A stretch of DNA of 63,637 nucleotides, the filler included. It is 6 parts of 6 records of this genome, joined end to end, with 100 filler letters (N's around TTAATTAATTAA, not from the genome) between each part and the next. Parts side by side here need not be neighbours in the genome. Positions count along the whole stretch, not along the records: positions 30,309 to 42,221 come from SRR31156797_22464; positions 42,322 to 52,379 come from SRR31156797_22496; 4 more parts are not named here. One strand, written 5' to 3'. Both the position numbers and the translations under genes were made by a program. The notes beneath the pieces are model-generated. The model had not been told where the DNA came from, ran no database searches, and saw nothing but the letters and a program-made list of their open reading frames with translations. How positions within the stretch are numbered: position 1 is the first letter of the stretch; each line of letters opens with the position of its first letter. Positions 38,334-48,346 of the stretch are shown in pieces.

Positions 38334-40739
38334 TCATGCACTCAATGTTTCAAAGAGCGCCTGTTCCAGTTCAGTCAGGGCCTTGGAATAGTTCTCCTGC
38401 CCACCAAAAATTTCTCGCCGGATATGGGTTTTACTTCCCAGCCTGTCAAAGGGCGGAAGTTCCAGGACCTTCGGATCTTCAATGTCAGCTATGCCGTTGT
38501 TGGCGTACTTCTCTAAAAGAGCTTCCAGAACCTGCCGAGCCTGATCTCCATATTTTCCAAAATAGTTTCGTTTTTTTACATGGTTTACCCGCTCTTTTCG
38601 GATTAGCGGTTTCTGATCAAATGCAATATGGGCCACCAGATCAAAAAGGCCAAGCTTTTCCCCATTGGGAACAGTTTGCCTTAAGACACCAAGATCAACC
38701 CCTTTATCTCTCAATTCATCGATAATGGCCTGTTTACGCGTTGCGGCGTTCCACCGGTTCAGAAATTCTTTCAGAGTCCCGAATTGCCCCTGCAATGTTT
38801 TTTGGATTTCCTGTTTCAGAAAAACCCGATAATCCTCGGTGATCAGTTTACCGTCTGCATCAAGATACTGTTCCCGCCAAAAGCCATGTCCGACTTCAAC
38901 ATCTTCCACCACATACCGGGAAACCTTTTCCACTATTTCACCGCCGTTATCTTCACCCGGTTCGTCATAGTCGCCCGGATGGCCATTAGATGGAACTTCT
39001 TCCCCAGCCGGCTCATCCTCAGGAGGTACGACAGGGTCCTCCGGTTTTGGTTCGTAAATAATCACCGGTTCACCATCAAAATCCGGATCAGCAAAAAGCC
39101 GGGTGGCATTTTTAAAATCCATCACCGTGAAATAAAGCTTATGATAATCCTCACGAATGCGGGTACCGCGCCCAATGATTTGTTTGAACTCGGTCATGGA
39201 ATTGATGTTCTGATCAAGCACGATGAGCTTACATGTTTTTGCATCAACACCGGTGGTTAAAAGTTTGGAAGTGGTTGCAATGACAGGATAAGGCTCATCA
39301 TTGTCGATAAAATAGGAGAGTTGGGCCTTTCCTTCTGTATCATCCCCGGTTATTCTCATCACATAACGCCGGTTAGTTGCCGCTTCCGGTATCAGCTTGA
39401 TCAGGGACTGCCGCATGCGCTCGGCATGGTCCTGATCATCACAAAAAACAATGCTTTTAGACATGGGATCGGTATTGCTAAGATATTCCCAAACCTTTGA
39501 AGCAACAAACTCGGTACGTTTTGTCAAAATCATGCTACGGTCAAAATCCCTGGTATTATACTGACGCGGTTCAATAAGGTTGCCATATTTGTCCGTCTTG
39601 TTTTTTTCAGGGGTATAACCGAGGGCGTCCCTGTCTGTCACCACCCGAATCACTTTATAAGGAGCCAGAAAACCGTCCTCAATCCCCTGTTTCAAGGTAT
39701 AGGTATAAATCGGTGCTCCAAAATAGGTGCTGTTGGAGGTATCTTTTGTCTCCTTGGGGGTCGCGGTCAGTCCCAGGTGAGTGGCACATGTAAAGTAATC
39801 CAGGACTTCACGCCAGGCTGAATCTTCCGAAGCGCTACCCCTATGACACTCATCAATCACCACCAGATCAAAAAAATCCGACGGAAATTGCCGATAAATC
39901 TGCTTCCACTCTTCATTGCCGGTAACGGCCTGATACAAGGCGAGGTATATTTCATAATTTTTTTTGACTTGCCGGTTGGTGATTTTGTGCATGACTTCAC
40001 CAAAGGGCGAAAAATCCTGGTGCATGGTTTGGTCAATAAGAATATTGCGGTCTGCAAGAAAAAGAATCCGTTTTTTTCTTTTCGCCTTCCACAGACGCCA
40101 GATGATTTGAAACGCTGTGTAGGTCTTACCTGTTCCGGTTGCCATAACCAGCAGCACCCGTTCCTGTTCGCCGGCAATGGATTCAATGGTCCGATTGATG
40201 GCAACCCGCTGGTAATACCGGGGTGCCTTACCGGAACCGTCACTGTGATAGGGCTGTTCCACCAGATTTACCGAGTTTTCCTGTTCAAGCCCCTTCCACT
40301 TTCTGTACACAGGCCAGAGGTCGGAAATCTTTGGAAATTCATCAATGCCTATTTCCCGCTCAACAGGTTGAGTCAGCCCGGTGCGGTCGTGAAGTAAAAA
40401 ACCATCCCCATTAGAGCTAAGGGCAAAGGGGGCATCCAACATTTCCGCATAAACAAGCGCTTGCTGCATCCCATGTCCCACGGCAAATCGATTATGCTTG
40501 GCTTCCACCACAGCAACCGGAACATTGGGGCGTGCATAAATCACATAATCTGCACGTTTCGGTCCCCCCTTGGCGTCAGGATTTTTAACCCGGGACGCCA
40601 AATTTCCCCGAACCATGACCCTGCCATCAGTCAGTTTCACTTCTTCCCTAAACTGGGACTGCTTCCAGCCTGCCCGTTCTATTGCCGGGGTGATAAACTT
40701 TGTGCAAATGTCACGTTCACTGAGCTTTTTTTTATCCAT
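38334..40739 (-). CDS. hsdR: Type I R-M restriction subunit (EcoAI/EcoEI-like)
   Basis: AD...VEAK nuclease motif, MATGTGKT, DECHRG, LTATP, QIIGRGTR, EcoEI-like C-terminus; ATG 40739 (MDKKKLSERDIC). Confidence 0.96.
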   Translation of the reverse strand: MDKKKLSERDICTKFITPAIERAGWKQSQFREEVKLTDGRVMVRGNLASRVKNPDAKGGPKRADYVIYARPNVPVAVVEAKHNRFAVGHGMQQALVYAEMLDAPFALSSNGDGFLLHDRTGLTQPVEREIGIDEFPKISDLWPVYRKWKGLEQENSVNLVEQPYHSDGSGKAPRYYQRVAINRTIESIAGEQERVLLVMATGTGKTYTAFQIIWRLWKAKRKKRILFLADRNILIDQTMHQDFSPFGEVMHKITNRQVKKNYEIYLALYQAVTGNEEWKQIYRQFPSDFFDLVVIDECHRGSASEDSAWREVLDYFTCATHLGLTATPKETKDTSNSTYFGAPIYTYTLKQGIEDGFLAPYKVIRVVTDRDALGYTPEKNKTDKYGNLIEPRQYNTRDFDRSMILTKRTEFVASKVWEYLSNTDPMSKSIVFCDDQDHAERMRQSLIKLIPEAATNRRYVMRITGDDTEGKAQLSYFIDNDEPYPVIATTSKLLTTGVDAKTCKLIVLDQNINSMTEFKQIIGRGTRIREDYHKLYFTVMDFKNATRLFADPDFDGEPVIIYEPKPEDPVVPPEDEPAGEEVPSNGHPGDYDEPGEDNGGEIVEKVSRYVVEDVEVGHGFWREQYLDADGKLITEDYRVFLKQEIQKTLQGQFGTLKEFLNRWNAATRKQAIIDELRDKGVDLGVLRQTVPNGEKLGLFDLVAHIAFDQKPLIRKERVNHVKKRNYFGKYGDQARQVLEALLEKYANNGIADIEDPKVLELPPFDRLGSKTHIRREIFGGQENYSKALTELEQALFETLSA

Positions 40740-40869
40740 ATGCCTGGTTTCCCGTAATGAAATAAGGCCATGCGATTGGCATTGGGTTCCAACTGATCTC
40801 ACATATTTTTTATAATGTTTGTTTCCTATTATTTCCGACTCAGGAGTATGTTATCCACACTTACAAAAT

Positions 40870-41331
40870 TTACTGATACATTTTTCCGCCATGATTTAAC
40901 CAACCTCCTTCATGCTGCCCATTGGGGTCATGGTGAGTCCAGTGAATAACGCCACCCTTTGAATTCCACTCGTACTGGCCATAGAAATTTACATGATCAT
41001 CGACTTTTAGAAATTTAATTTTTGGCGCAAGATCAATGTTGTGTGCGATTAGCAGTGTCTGCTTGGAGTTCAATTTAAGAATAAAACGTTGGTGTCTGCT
41101 TCCTTTGTTATCATCTGGTAGAATTTTCATCACTTTGCCTGATCCACCAATTTGAACGCCGCTAATTCTATTTTCAAAGACATTATTTAAAGCTTTATCG
41201 TTTGTGGAAAGTTCTGCATTTGTAAAAGGAAGAAGTGCTTTTATTGAGCGTATGGAAAAACTATCATGATTTGGGGATACTACTGCATATGCCCCAATAC
41301 AAATTAGAATTATTATAATAATTTTTTTCAT
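40870..41331 (-). CDS. DUF3465-like exported protein
   Basis: Signal/TM segment; LPDDNKGSRHQRF, AHNIDLAP, GGVIHWTHHDP. Confidence 0.75.
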   Translation of the reverse strand: MKKIIIIILICIGAYAVVSPNHDSFSIRSIKALLPFTNAELSTNDKALNNVFENRISGVQIGGSGKVMKILPDDNKGSRHQRFILKLNSKQTLLIAHNIDLAPKIKFLKVDDHVNFYGQYEWNSKGGVIHWTHHDPNGQHEGGWLNHGGKMYQ

Positions 41332-41440
41332 TTCAGCTACCTATTTAAATAAGTAATGACGTAAAGTAGTTCTGTGATTTAGAATACCTTTCATATTCAC
41401 TTAGGAACGGGCCTTAAACACCTTGTCCATTTTGCTATAT

Positions 41441-41474
41441 CCGGGAACGCGGGCGGGACACCCGCGTTCCCAGG
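41441..41474. repeat. GC-rich REP-like palindrome or terminator
   Basis: gggaacgcggg-cgggaca-cccgcgttccc, 11-bp perfect stem. Confidence 0.65.
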
Positions 41475-41529
41475 TTAAGTTATTTGAGAATCATTTCTTA
41501 TCTAACGGGATAACATTCGACATTATATA

Positions 41530-41916
41530 TCAAATAGAAACCGTACGTGTCCCCAAGGGAGCAAAGCATACAGCGGCAAGCCGGAAATGGGCGAACCCGA
41601 AGGGGATGCCGATAATTGTCACACAAAGGGATATCCCAGCTAAGATGTGCGAGATGGCCAGCCATATCCCCGCAAAGATGATCCACAAAATGTTCGCAAG
41701 GGTCGTACCGGTTATCACCTCTTCGCCCACGGCCCTGGCATCCACAAGTGTCTTACCATAGGGAAAGGCGGCAAATCCGGCAATTCTGAATGCAGCCCAG
41801 CCAAAGGGAATGCCCACAACCGTGAGCATCAGAATACAGCCGGTAAGAATCCATAAAAGGCCTGCGGCCCATCCCCCGCCAAGTACAAACCAGAGTAGAT
41901 TCAACAAAAAGGTCAC
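41530..41916 (-). CDS. yccF: YccF-domain inner membrane protein
   Basis: Duplicated N(L/I)LW...GIPFG...P(Y/L)G unit. Confidence 0.85.
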   Translation of the reverse strand: MTFLLNLLWFVLGGGWAAGLLWILTGCILMLTVVGIPFGWAAFRIAGFAAFPYGKTLVDARAVGEEVITGTTLANILWIIFAGIWLAISHILAGISLCVTIIGIPFGFAHFRLAAVCFAPLGTRTVSI

Positions 41917-41932
41917 TGTTCCCCCGAATATT

Positions 41933-42221
41933 TCAAGATAAAATTGTTCTTAACTGTTTTATAAATTCATTGCCGGGCCTGTGAAAATAGATCCCGGTCT
42001 CTTTGTCCCTGGCCATCCCCCGGATAAACAGATAAAAAACGCCGCCAAAATGGTCCGCATACTTATAATCTTTCAGGCGTAACTGTAAATACCTGTCCAG
42101 GGCTGCAAGGTAAAGGTTATATTGCAGGATGTAATCGTGGCTGATCATGGCGGCCGTCAGGGCTGCAAGATGATAATCACTGAAGTAAGGACCCAGGTAA
42201 TTGGACTTGTAATCCAGGATA
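41933..42221 (-). CDS. recB: RecB C-terminal nuclease domain (5' partial)
   Basis: ILDYKSNYLG...YILQYNLYLAALDRYLQLRL...HFGGVFYLFIRG. Confidence 0.9.
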
Positions 42222-42321
42222 NNNNNNNNNNNNNNNNNNNNNNNNNNNNNNNNNNNNNNNNNNNNTTAATTAATTAANNNNNNNNNNNNNNNNNNNNNNN
42301 NNNNNNNNNNNNNNNNNNNNN
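42222..42321. other. Artificial contig spacer
   Basis: Same linker. Confidence 0.99.
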
Positions 42322-43578
42322 ACTACCAACGGTTGCAGGGCTTGGATTGATGGAAGTGATACTGGCTACGGGTTTGCCATCTGAAGATGTAGTTGAACTT
42401 GTAGTTGAACTTGTATCTGAACTTGAACTAGTTGGTTCCTCAGTTGAACTGGAACTGGAACCACTTGTTACAATTTTATGTGTTGAAGTTTCATAGTTCT
42501 TTATAGTATATCCTGAAGGAGATGTGATTGTATTATCTCTGATATAATATGTTACACCTGTGTATGACAATTCAGGTTCAGTATAAAGTATGGATATGCC
42601 ATCTCCCTTTACATTTTTAATTACGTTGTTTTCTATTATAGTATTATGGAATCCTGCAGAGGATATTCCACCACCAGGTGCTTTTGATTTACGCCCGGTG
42701 TTGGTGATAACATTGTTGTAAATGTGTAAACCAGTTGACAGGGATTTATCGTCCAAAACATTACCAGCTTTATATGCAGTTACATAAATGCCCGCATACA
42801 TCGTATTAGATATTTCATTATTATAAATTTTGACAGAAGTCATAGGATATCTTTTGTCAAATGATCGTACGTAAATACCTGCATATCCAGTATAAACCGG
42901 AGCAGTTATTTTATTGTGGTGAATTTTTATGTTATTCGTTGTTTCAACGCGGACTCCCGAGTTAATCCAAATAGACATATCATTGTTGTATACTTCTACA
43001 CGATTACATTTCATAAACCAGACAAATTCATGTCCTTGATTCCTTCCTACATTATCATGGATAGAGATATCTGTACATGATGAAAAGCGCATCAGGTCAA
43101 ATGAGTTGTCATGTAGATACATGTCATAAACTTCAACATTACTAATGTCTGAAAACCTCATTAGAATATAATAAGCACCTATCCCTTTTTGATGTTCATC
43201 ATTATTTGCATAGTTACCGTCGATTTCAAAACCATGTATTTTGATGTTCCCTTTGGAACCAGAATTTTTTATAACTGGAGAAAATTCACCCCACCTTGCA
43301 TTATTCTCAATCCTGAGAACAGCATTAGAGGAACCAGTAAGAGTGGTACTATCACCTATTCTAAGTGTTTGACCGATGTCATAAGTACCTGATTTTAGAT
43401 AGACTGTTCCACCTGTTCCAGCTACTTTAGCCAGGGCAGCATTGATTTGCACATCATCCCTTGAACCGTCACATGTATAGTCTGCATTATCGCCTGAAAA
43501 ACCAACAGTAACTGTTGCTGCTGAGGCAGTTCCTATAAAAAATGTCAATAAAATAATTAAAAATAATGTTCGCCGCAT
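42322..43578 (-). CDS. Secreted right-handed beta-helix surface protein with Ser/Thr linker (3' partial)
   Basis: Signal peptide; DDVQINAAL, GGTVYLKSGTY, PbH1-like I(Y/H)NN repeats; SSTTSSTTSS linker; start of a PKD-like domain. Confidence 0.85.
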
Positions 43579-44565
43579 ATTTTTTAAATCTCCTGTTTTT
43601 AAATTAAAGTTTAGCTTTATTTCACTGTACCTGACTATCCATAGACACAGTATACTATAAAAAGCTAACCATTTTTATAAATTTGCTAATCTTAAAACTA
43701 AAAACACAACTTGGTACTATATTAGAACAAATTAGAAATTAAATTTAAAGAGTTTATACTGAGCAATGATAATTCATTCGACCATATATACCACCATAAA
43801 CAATAATTGAAAAGTAAACGATAAGATCATTTTTGAAAGTTAAATTCTAATACATATTTAGTAAAAGTTTCAGGAAATATCAAGTGCAAAACTGATTGAA
43901 TTCCGAGAACAAGAACACAAGAAGTACTTGCATCTTCTGATGATGAAGAAACATCAAGAAATACGGAGGTAATATTAAAATAATTATTGTCGAGTTCATA
44001 GTTTTTTATGACATTAAATGAAAAAATGGAAGAACAAAACCAAAACTAAAAATGTATCATGTATTTCAAATTCTAAAAACAAATAGATTCGAAATTCAAA
44101 AACAGTTAAACACTAGAAAAGAAAGCAAATGGACGGTGGTATGATCCACTTGCTCTTTTCTATACACTAACTCCCGACTAGACCCATTCTGTATATCTGT
44201 GTGGTACAAATTGTAATTTAATATGATTTCAGACTACACCGTGGTAGCTAAGGAATGAATAATATGTCATCAGAGCAATCATAAGGGAAACAAGCAGTGT
44301 TCCGAAATTGTATGAGTTAGGATTTGCGCGATATTCTGTCATGTTTTATCATGATAAACAACATCTTCATTGTATTTAAAAGTTATCCCTATTTATCATG
44401 ATTAATCATCTTATTTGTGCGAGTGCGAACAATTGATTTCACAGCAATAAACTGCAGCAAACCATTGATAAAAATGCTTAATTCTCACAAATTAACTGCA
44501 CTTAAAAATGTATTTAAACTACTATGGCATCATTACTACTTGTTAATATATGGGAGTGTTCTTTA

Positions 44566-45006
44566 ATGTCAGATGAAATCAGACAGAAAATTATAGATTG
44601 CCTGAAAGACCATAAATGGTTAAACCTCGGCACAGTGAATAAAGACAGCAAAGCAATGGTTCATACCATGGCCTATGCGTCCGATAATGCAGTAGTTTAC
44701 TTTGGTACAGGGAAAGATACACGCAAAGTCACTAATATGCTCAATAATCCTTACGTAGCCTACACAGTAGACGATGATGAAGTAAATGTTATGGAGATTA
44801 CTGGTCTGCAGATAGAAGGAAAAGCTTCTCTTGTGGCCGATGAAGAAGAAGCCGGCAAAGCATATGGTTTAATGCTAGAAAAGTTTCCTTTCATGGCAGA
44901 ACTGCCATCAGGGAATGAGAACTTACTGTTTAAAATTGAACCCATAAAAGCATATTACCTAGATTATACAAAGGGATTTTCCCATCGGGACATGGTAACT
45001 TATTGA
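44566..45006 (+). CDS. Pyridoxamine-5'-phosphate-oxidase-like split-barrel flavin/F420-binding protein
   Basis: LGTVN, TRKVTNMLNNPYVA, GLQIEGKA; ATG 44566 after GGGAG. Confidence 0.85.
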   Translation: MSDEIRQKIIDCLKDHKWLNLGTVNKDSKAMVHTMAYASDNAVVYFGTGKDTRKVTNMLNNPYVAYTVDDDEVNVMEITGLQIEGKASLVADEEEAGKAYGLMLEKFPFMAELPSGNENLLFKIEPIKAYYLDYTKGFSHRDMVTY

Positions 45007-45224
45007 AGTAATGTGATTCCCTTCATGGGAATTGTTCTTTTTCAGGTTAGCTTTATTGTTTTTACTGAGAGGTTTTATACTTCATTTTTGTAGTATGGTT
45101 TATCGATCCCTATGGAGGATATGTGGGTAAACTCTTTGTACATGTTGGATAGCAATCATACCAGATGGACAATTAATAAGTATTAGAACGGCAGAAAGAA
45201 AACAGTGTCCAAAAGAGGAAAAAT

Positions 45225-45650
45225 GTGACTACTATGGAAAATATGGATGATATCAAAAAGTACTTTTCCCAGGAGTGCTTCGCATCAAACTCCGGTATGG
45301 CAATTACTGAAGTTTCCAGAGGATATGCCAGGGCTGAGATGAAAATCAAGAAGAAACATCATAATATCTTAGGTACAGTGCATGGTGGTGCAATTTTCAC
45401 CCTTGCAGACATGGCCTTTGCTGCTGCTTCAAATTCCTATGGAAATGTTGCCGTTGCTATCAATGCTGATATATCCTTTGTAAAAGCTGCTTTTGAAGGA
45501 AATCTATATGCAGAGGCAAAGGAAACATCTATCAATCCAAAAATCTCAACCTATGTAGTAAATATAACAGATGACCTTGGAGACACCGTTGCGATTTTCA
45601 ACGGGATGACCTACAGGAAAAAAGATAAAATAAAAATACCTGAAAAATAG
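45225..45650 (+). CDS. PaaI-family hotdog thioesterase
   Basis: HHN...VHGGAIFTLADMAFAAASNS. Confidence 0.9.
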   Translation: MTTMENMDDIKKYFSQECFASNSGMAITEVSRGYARAEMKIKKKHHNILGTVHGGAIFTLADMAFAAASNSYGNVAVAINADISFVKAAFEGNLYAEAKETSINPKISTYVVNITDDLGDTVAIFNGMTYRKKDKIKIPEK

Positions 45651-45656
45651 GACTGG

Positions 45657-46505
45657 TTAAACCAGTTCTCTTGGCTGTTTTTCTTCAGGCAGTGAAGGTA
45701 ATTTTGCAGAGCTTACAAACAAGGGCGTATCAACTTCCTTTGCCCTTTCAAGAAGCAATTCTTTTCCCCTTTGAGTGAGACCGAAAAGGGGAACAGCACT
45801 TCCAACCTGAACAAGTGGCTTGACAAGTTCACGTATATTTTTTGAAGCACAGCTTGTAATGATATCGGTATTTTCTAATAATTCACGGGCAAACTCTTTT
45901 TCAATTCCCGTTACATGTGCACCGATAATGGTAAGTTCAAGATCCAATTCCTTTTCCAGTTCACGTAGCTGCTTTGCAGTCTCAGGGAAAACAACTGTCA
46001 CAGCTATTTTCCTGTATCCAAGTTTCGCTGCCTTTGTGACACCTGCAACAGGATCGATCTTTGCAGTTGACGGATCAAGAACAATTCCACCACGTTCATT
46101 AATGCCATTGATTGTTTCGTCAATAGGCTCAGTCTCCACCAAACCTGATATGCGTGCACCTATACCCTGTACAAGATTGGGATTATTTGAGATTACAGAA
46201 CCTGCACCATCACAGGCAGTAACTGTTGTATCAAGAAGCCCGCGTTTAAGGCCTGTCATCATGGTCTCGGAAGCACCAAATCCCACAAAAATATTCATGT
46301 CAAGCTGACGTTTGCCAGTGAAAAGACCGAAATCTTTTATGCGGAATTCCATGTTCTTCTTTATTTCTTCTTTTGTGATTTCGTCAATGCCACGTGCCTT
46401 CTTAAATATAGGGCACCAGCTAATAAGCGGATCACCTATCTCGACTACTTCACCATTCTCTACAACAACCCTTGCTTTTCCCAATAACTCCATTATATGA
46501 GACAT
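45657..46505 (-). CDS. Methanogenesis marker 8-like protein (DUF2099)
   Basis: HIMELLGKARVV, CP, GFGASE, ACDGAG, GARISGL, CASK; ATG 46505 after AGGTGA. Confidence 0.8.
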   Translation of the reverse strand: MSHIMELLGKARVVVENGEVVEIGDPLISWCPIFKKARGIDEITKEEIKKNMEFRIKDFGLFTGKRQLDMNIFVGFGASETMMTGLKRGLLDTTVTACDGAGSVISNNPNLVQGIGARISGLVETEPIDETINGINERGGIVLDPSTAKIDPVAGVTKAAKLGYRKIAVTVVFPETAKQLRELEKELDLELTIIGAHVTGIEKEFARELLENTDIITSCASKNIRELVKPLVQVGSAVPLFGLTQRGKELLLERAKEVDTPLFVSSAKLPSLPEEKQPRELV

Positions 46506-46548
46506 TTTTTTCACCTATATATTTTATTTTGCAATTACAAAGACATGC

Positions 46549-47850
46549 TCACAGAGCATCTCTTCTGTCGACTACTTTTTGTGATTTGCCGGCTGTACGG
46601 GGGATAGTGCCCCTTTCTGCCAGTTCCACATTGGTCCTTATGTTGAGTACACTTTTAAGCTGATTTTCAACATGTTTACGCACAGCAGCAAGGTCCTTTA
46701 ACTCCCCTGTGAAGGCATTTTCCTCCAGTTCCACCTTCACTGTGATCTCATCCAGCATCTTGACGTTTCTGTCAAGAATTACCTGGAAATGCTCTGTCAC
46801 TTCAGGAATATCCACAATAATATCCTCAATCTGTGACGGGAATACATTGATGCCCCTGACTATGAGCATATCATCAGCCCTTCCAAGAAGTCTTGATATG
46901 CGAGGTGTAGTACGTCCACATGAACACTCACTTTCAAGTAATCTGGTGATGTCCCCCGTCCTGTATCTGATAATTGGCAGTGCTTCTTTTGTAAGGGAAG
47001 TCAGCACAAGTTCACCTTTCTCACCTTCAGCTACCTGTTCACCATTCTCATCCAGAACCTCTACATAGAAATGATCGCTCCAAATATGAAGACCATCCTG
47101 TTCCTCACACTCAAATGCAACACCTGGACCCATGAGTTCGGAGAGGCCATATGAGTCGTATGCTTTTATGTTTAAAGATTTTTCAAGCTGCTTTCTTGTG
47201 TTGGAGGACCATGGTTCGGCACCAAAACAGCCAACTTTCAGGGAAAGCTTGTCCACGATATCCATTTCGTTAGCTGTCTCTGCCAGGTAAAGTGCATAGG
47301 ATGGAGTACAATGAATGGCAGTAACACCAAAGTCCATCATCATTTCAAGCTGCCTGTTTGTATTTCCTGTACCACTAGGTACAGTCATAGCTCCCATTCT
47401 TTCCACTCCATAATGGAAACCAAGACCACCCGTGAACAGTCCATAGTTTACTGCGTTCTGGAACACATCATTACTATCAAGACCTACCATTGTAAGGTTC
47501 CTTGCCATCAGGTCTGACCAATTTATGATATCATTTTGAGTATAACCTACAACAGTTGGCTTCCCGCTTGTCCCTGATGATGCATGGATCCTTACAATAT
47601 CCTTTTTTGGAACAGCAAAGAGTCCGAACGGGTAATTGTCTCTTAGATCTGTTTTCCTGGTGGTGGGAAGCTTACTGACATCATCCAGTGACTTTATGTC
47701 ATCAGGAGCTATGCCAAGCTGCTTGAACTTTTCTTTGTAAAAAGGAACATTATTACAAACTGCCACAGCCGTCTTTTTTAAGCGCTTCAATTGTAATTCA
47801 GCAAGTTCGTCCTTTTTCATTGTCTCATATTTTGGCTGCCAGTATTTCAT
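46549..47850 (-). CDS. paaK: Phenylacetate-CoA ligase family protein
   Basis: HASSGTSGKPT, YGLFTGGLG, GAEPW, YGLSE, RYRTGD, GRADDMLIVRGINVFP; ATG 47850. Confidence 0.9.
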   Translation of the reverse strand: MKYWQPKYETMKKDELAELQLKRLKKTAVAVCNNVPFYKEKFKQLGIAPDDIKSLDDVSKLPTTRKTDLRDNYPFGLFAVPKKDIVRIHASSGTSGKPTVVGYTQNDIINWSDLMARNLTMVGLDSNDVFQNAVNYGLFTGGLGFHYGVERMGAMTVPSGTGNTNRQLEMMMDFGVTAIHCTPSYALYLAETANEMDIVDKLSLKVGCFGAEPWSSNTRKQLEKSLNIKAYDSYGLSELMGPGVAFECEEQDGLHIWSDHFYVEVLDENGEQVAEGEKGELVLTSLTKEALPIIRYRTGDITRLLESECSCGRTTPRISRLLGRADDMLIVRGINVFPSQIEDIIVDIPEVTEHFQVILDRNVKMLDEITVKVELEENAFTGELKDLAAVRKHVENQLKSVLNIRTNVELAERGTIPRTAGKSQKVVDRRDAL

Positions 47851-48346
47851 AGAAATGTCTCCGCAAAATCTCCTCTCAAGGGAGTGAATCTTCAAGTGTT
47901 TAAATCTTTTTGTGAGCATAGATTCTCAGTAAACCAGAAGACGAGTTTACAACAGGGAGAGGAGTATATAAATAATAATTTTTGTACTAGAGTAAATGGG
48001 AACATGATAAACATACTACATGAATATAGTGGTTCGAATCGGGGAGTTATGAGGAGTCCTTTTGTCTTTTAATCAAGCTATTTATGAACAATCACTGCAG
48101 ATTTGTTTCCACCATGCCATTTGTAGTGTCTGGTAATTTAACATAAAAATTATCTGACTAGATATACAAAATGCGGTGATTTTTAGTATATTTGTACATA
48201 TATATTTAAAATACGCACATATATTTATAATTTAGACTGAATTTTAACAATTTTATGTACATAATTGCCCAATTTATGAACATATTACAGATAATGATGA
48301 CATAACGGTTTAAAGCGTGTACATTCAGTTTATTCACTAGATATTC

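Noticed and set aside
42380-42465. 12-bp tandem repeats
   Set aside because: They encode the Ser/Thr linker of the surface protein.
45648-45660. Pyrrolysine readthrough of the PaaI TAG stop in the methanogen-like contig
   Set aside because: The domain is already complete and an in-frame TAA follows three codons later.
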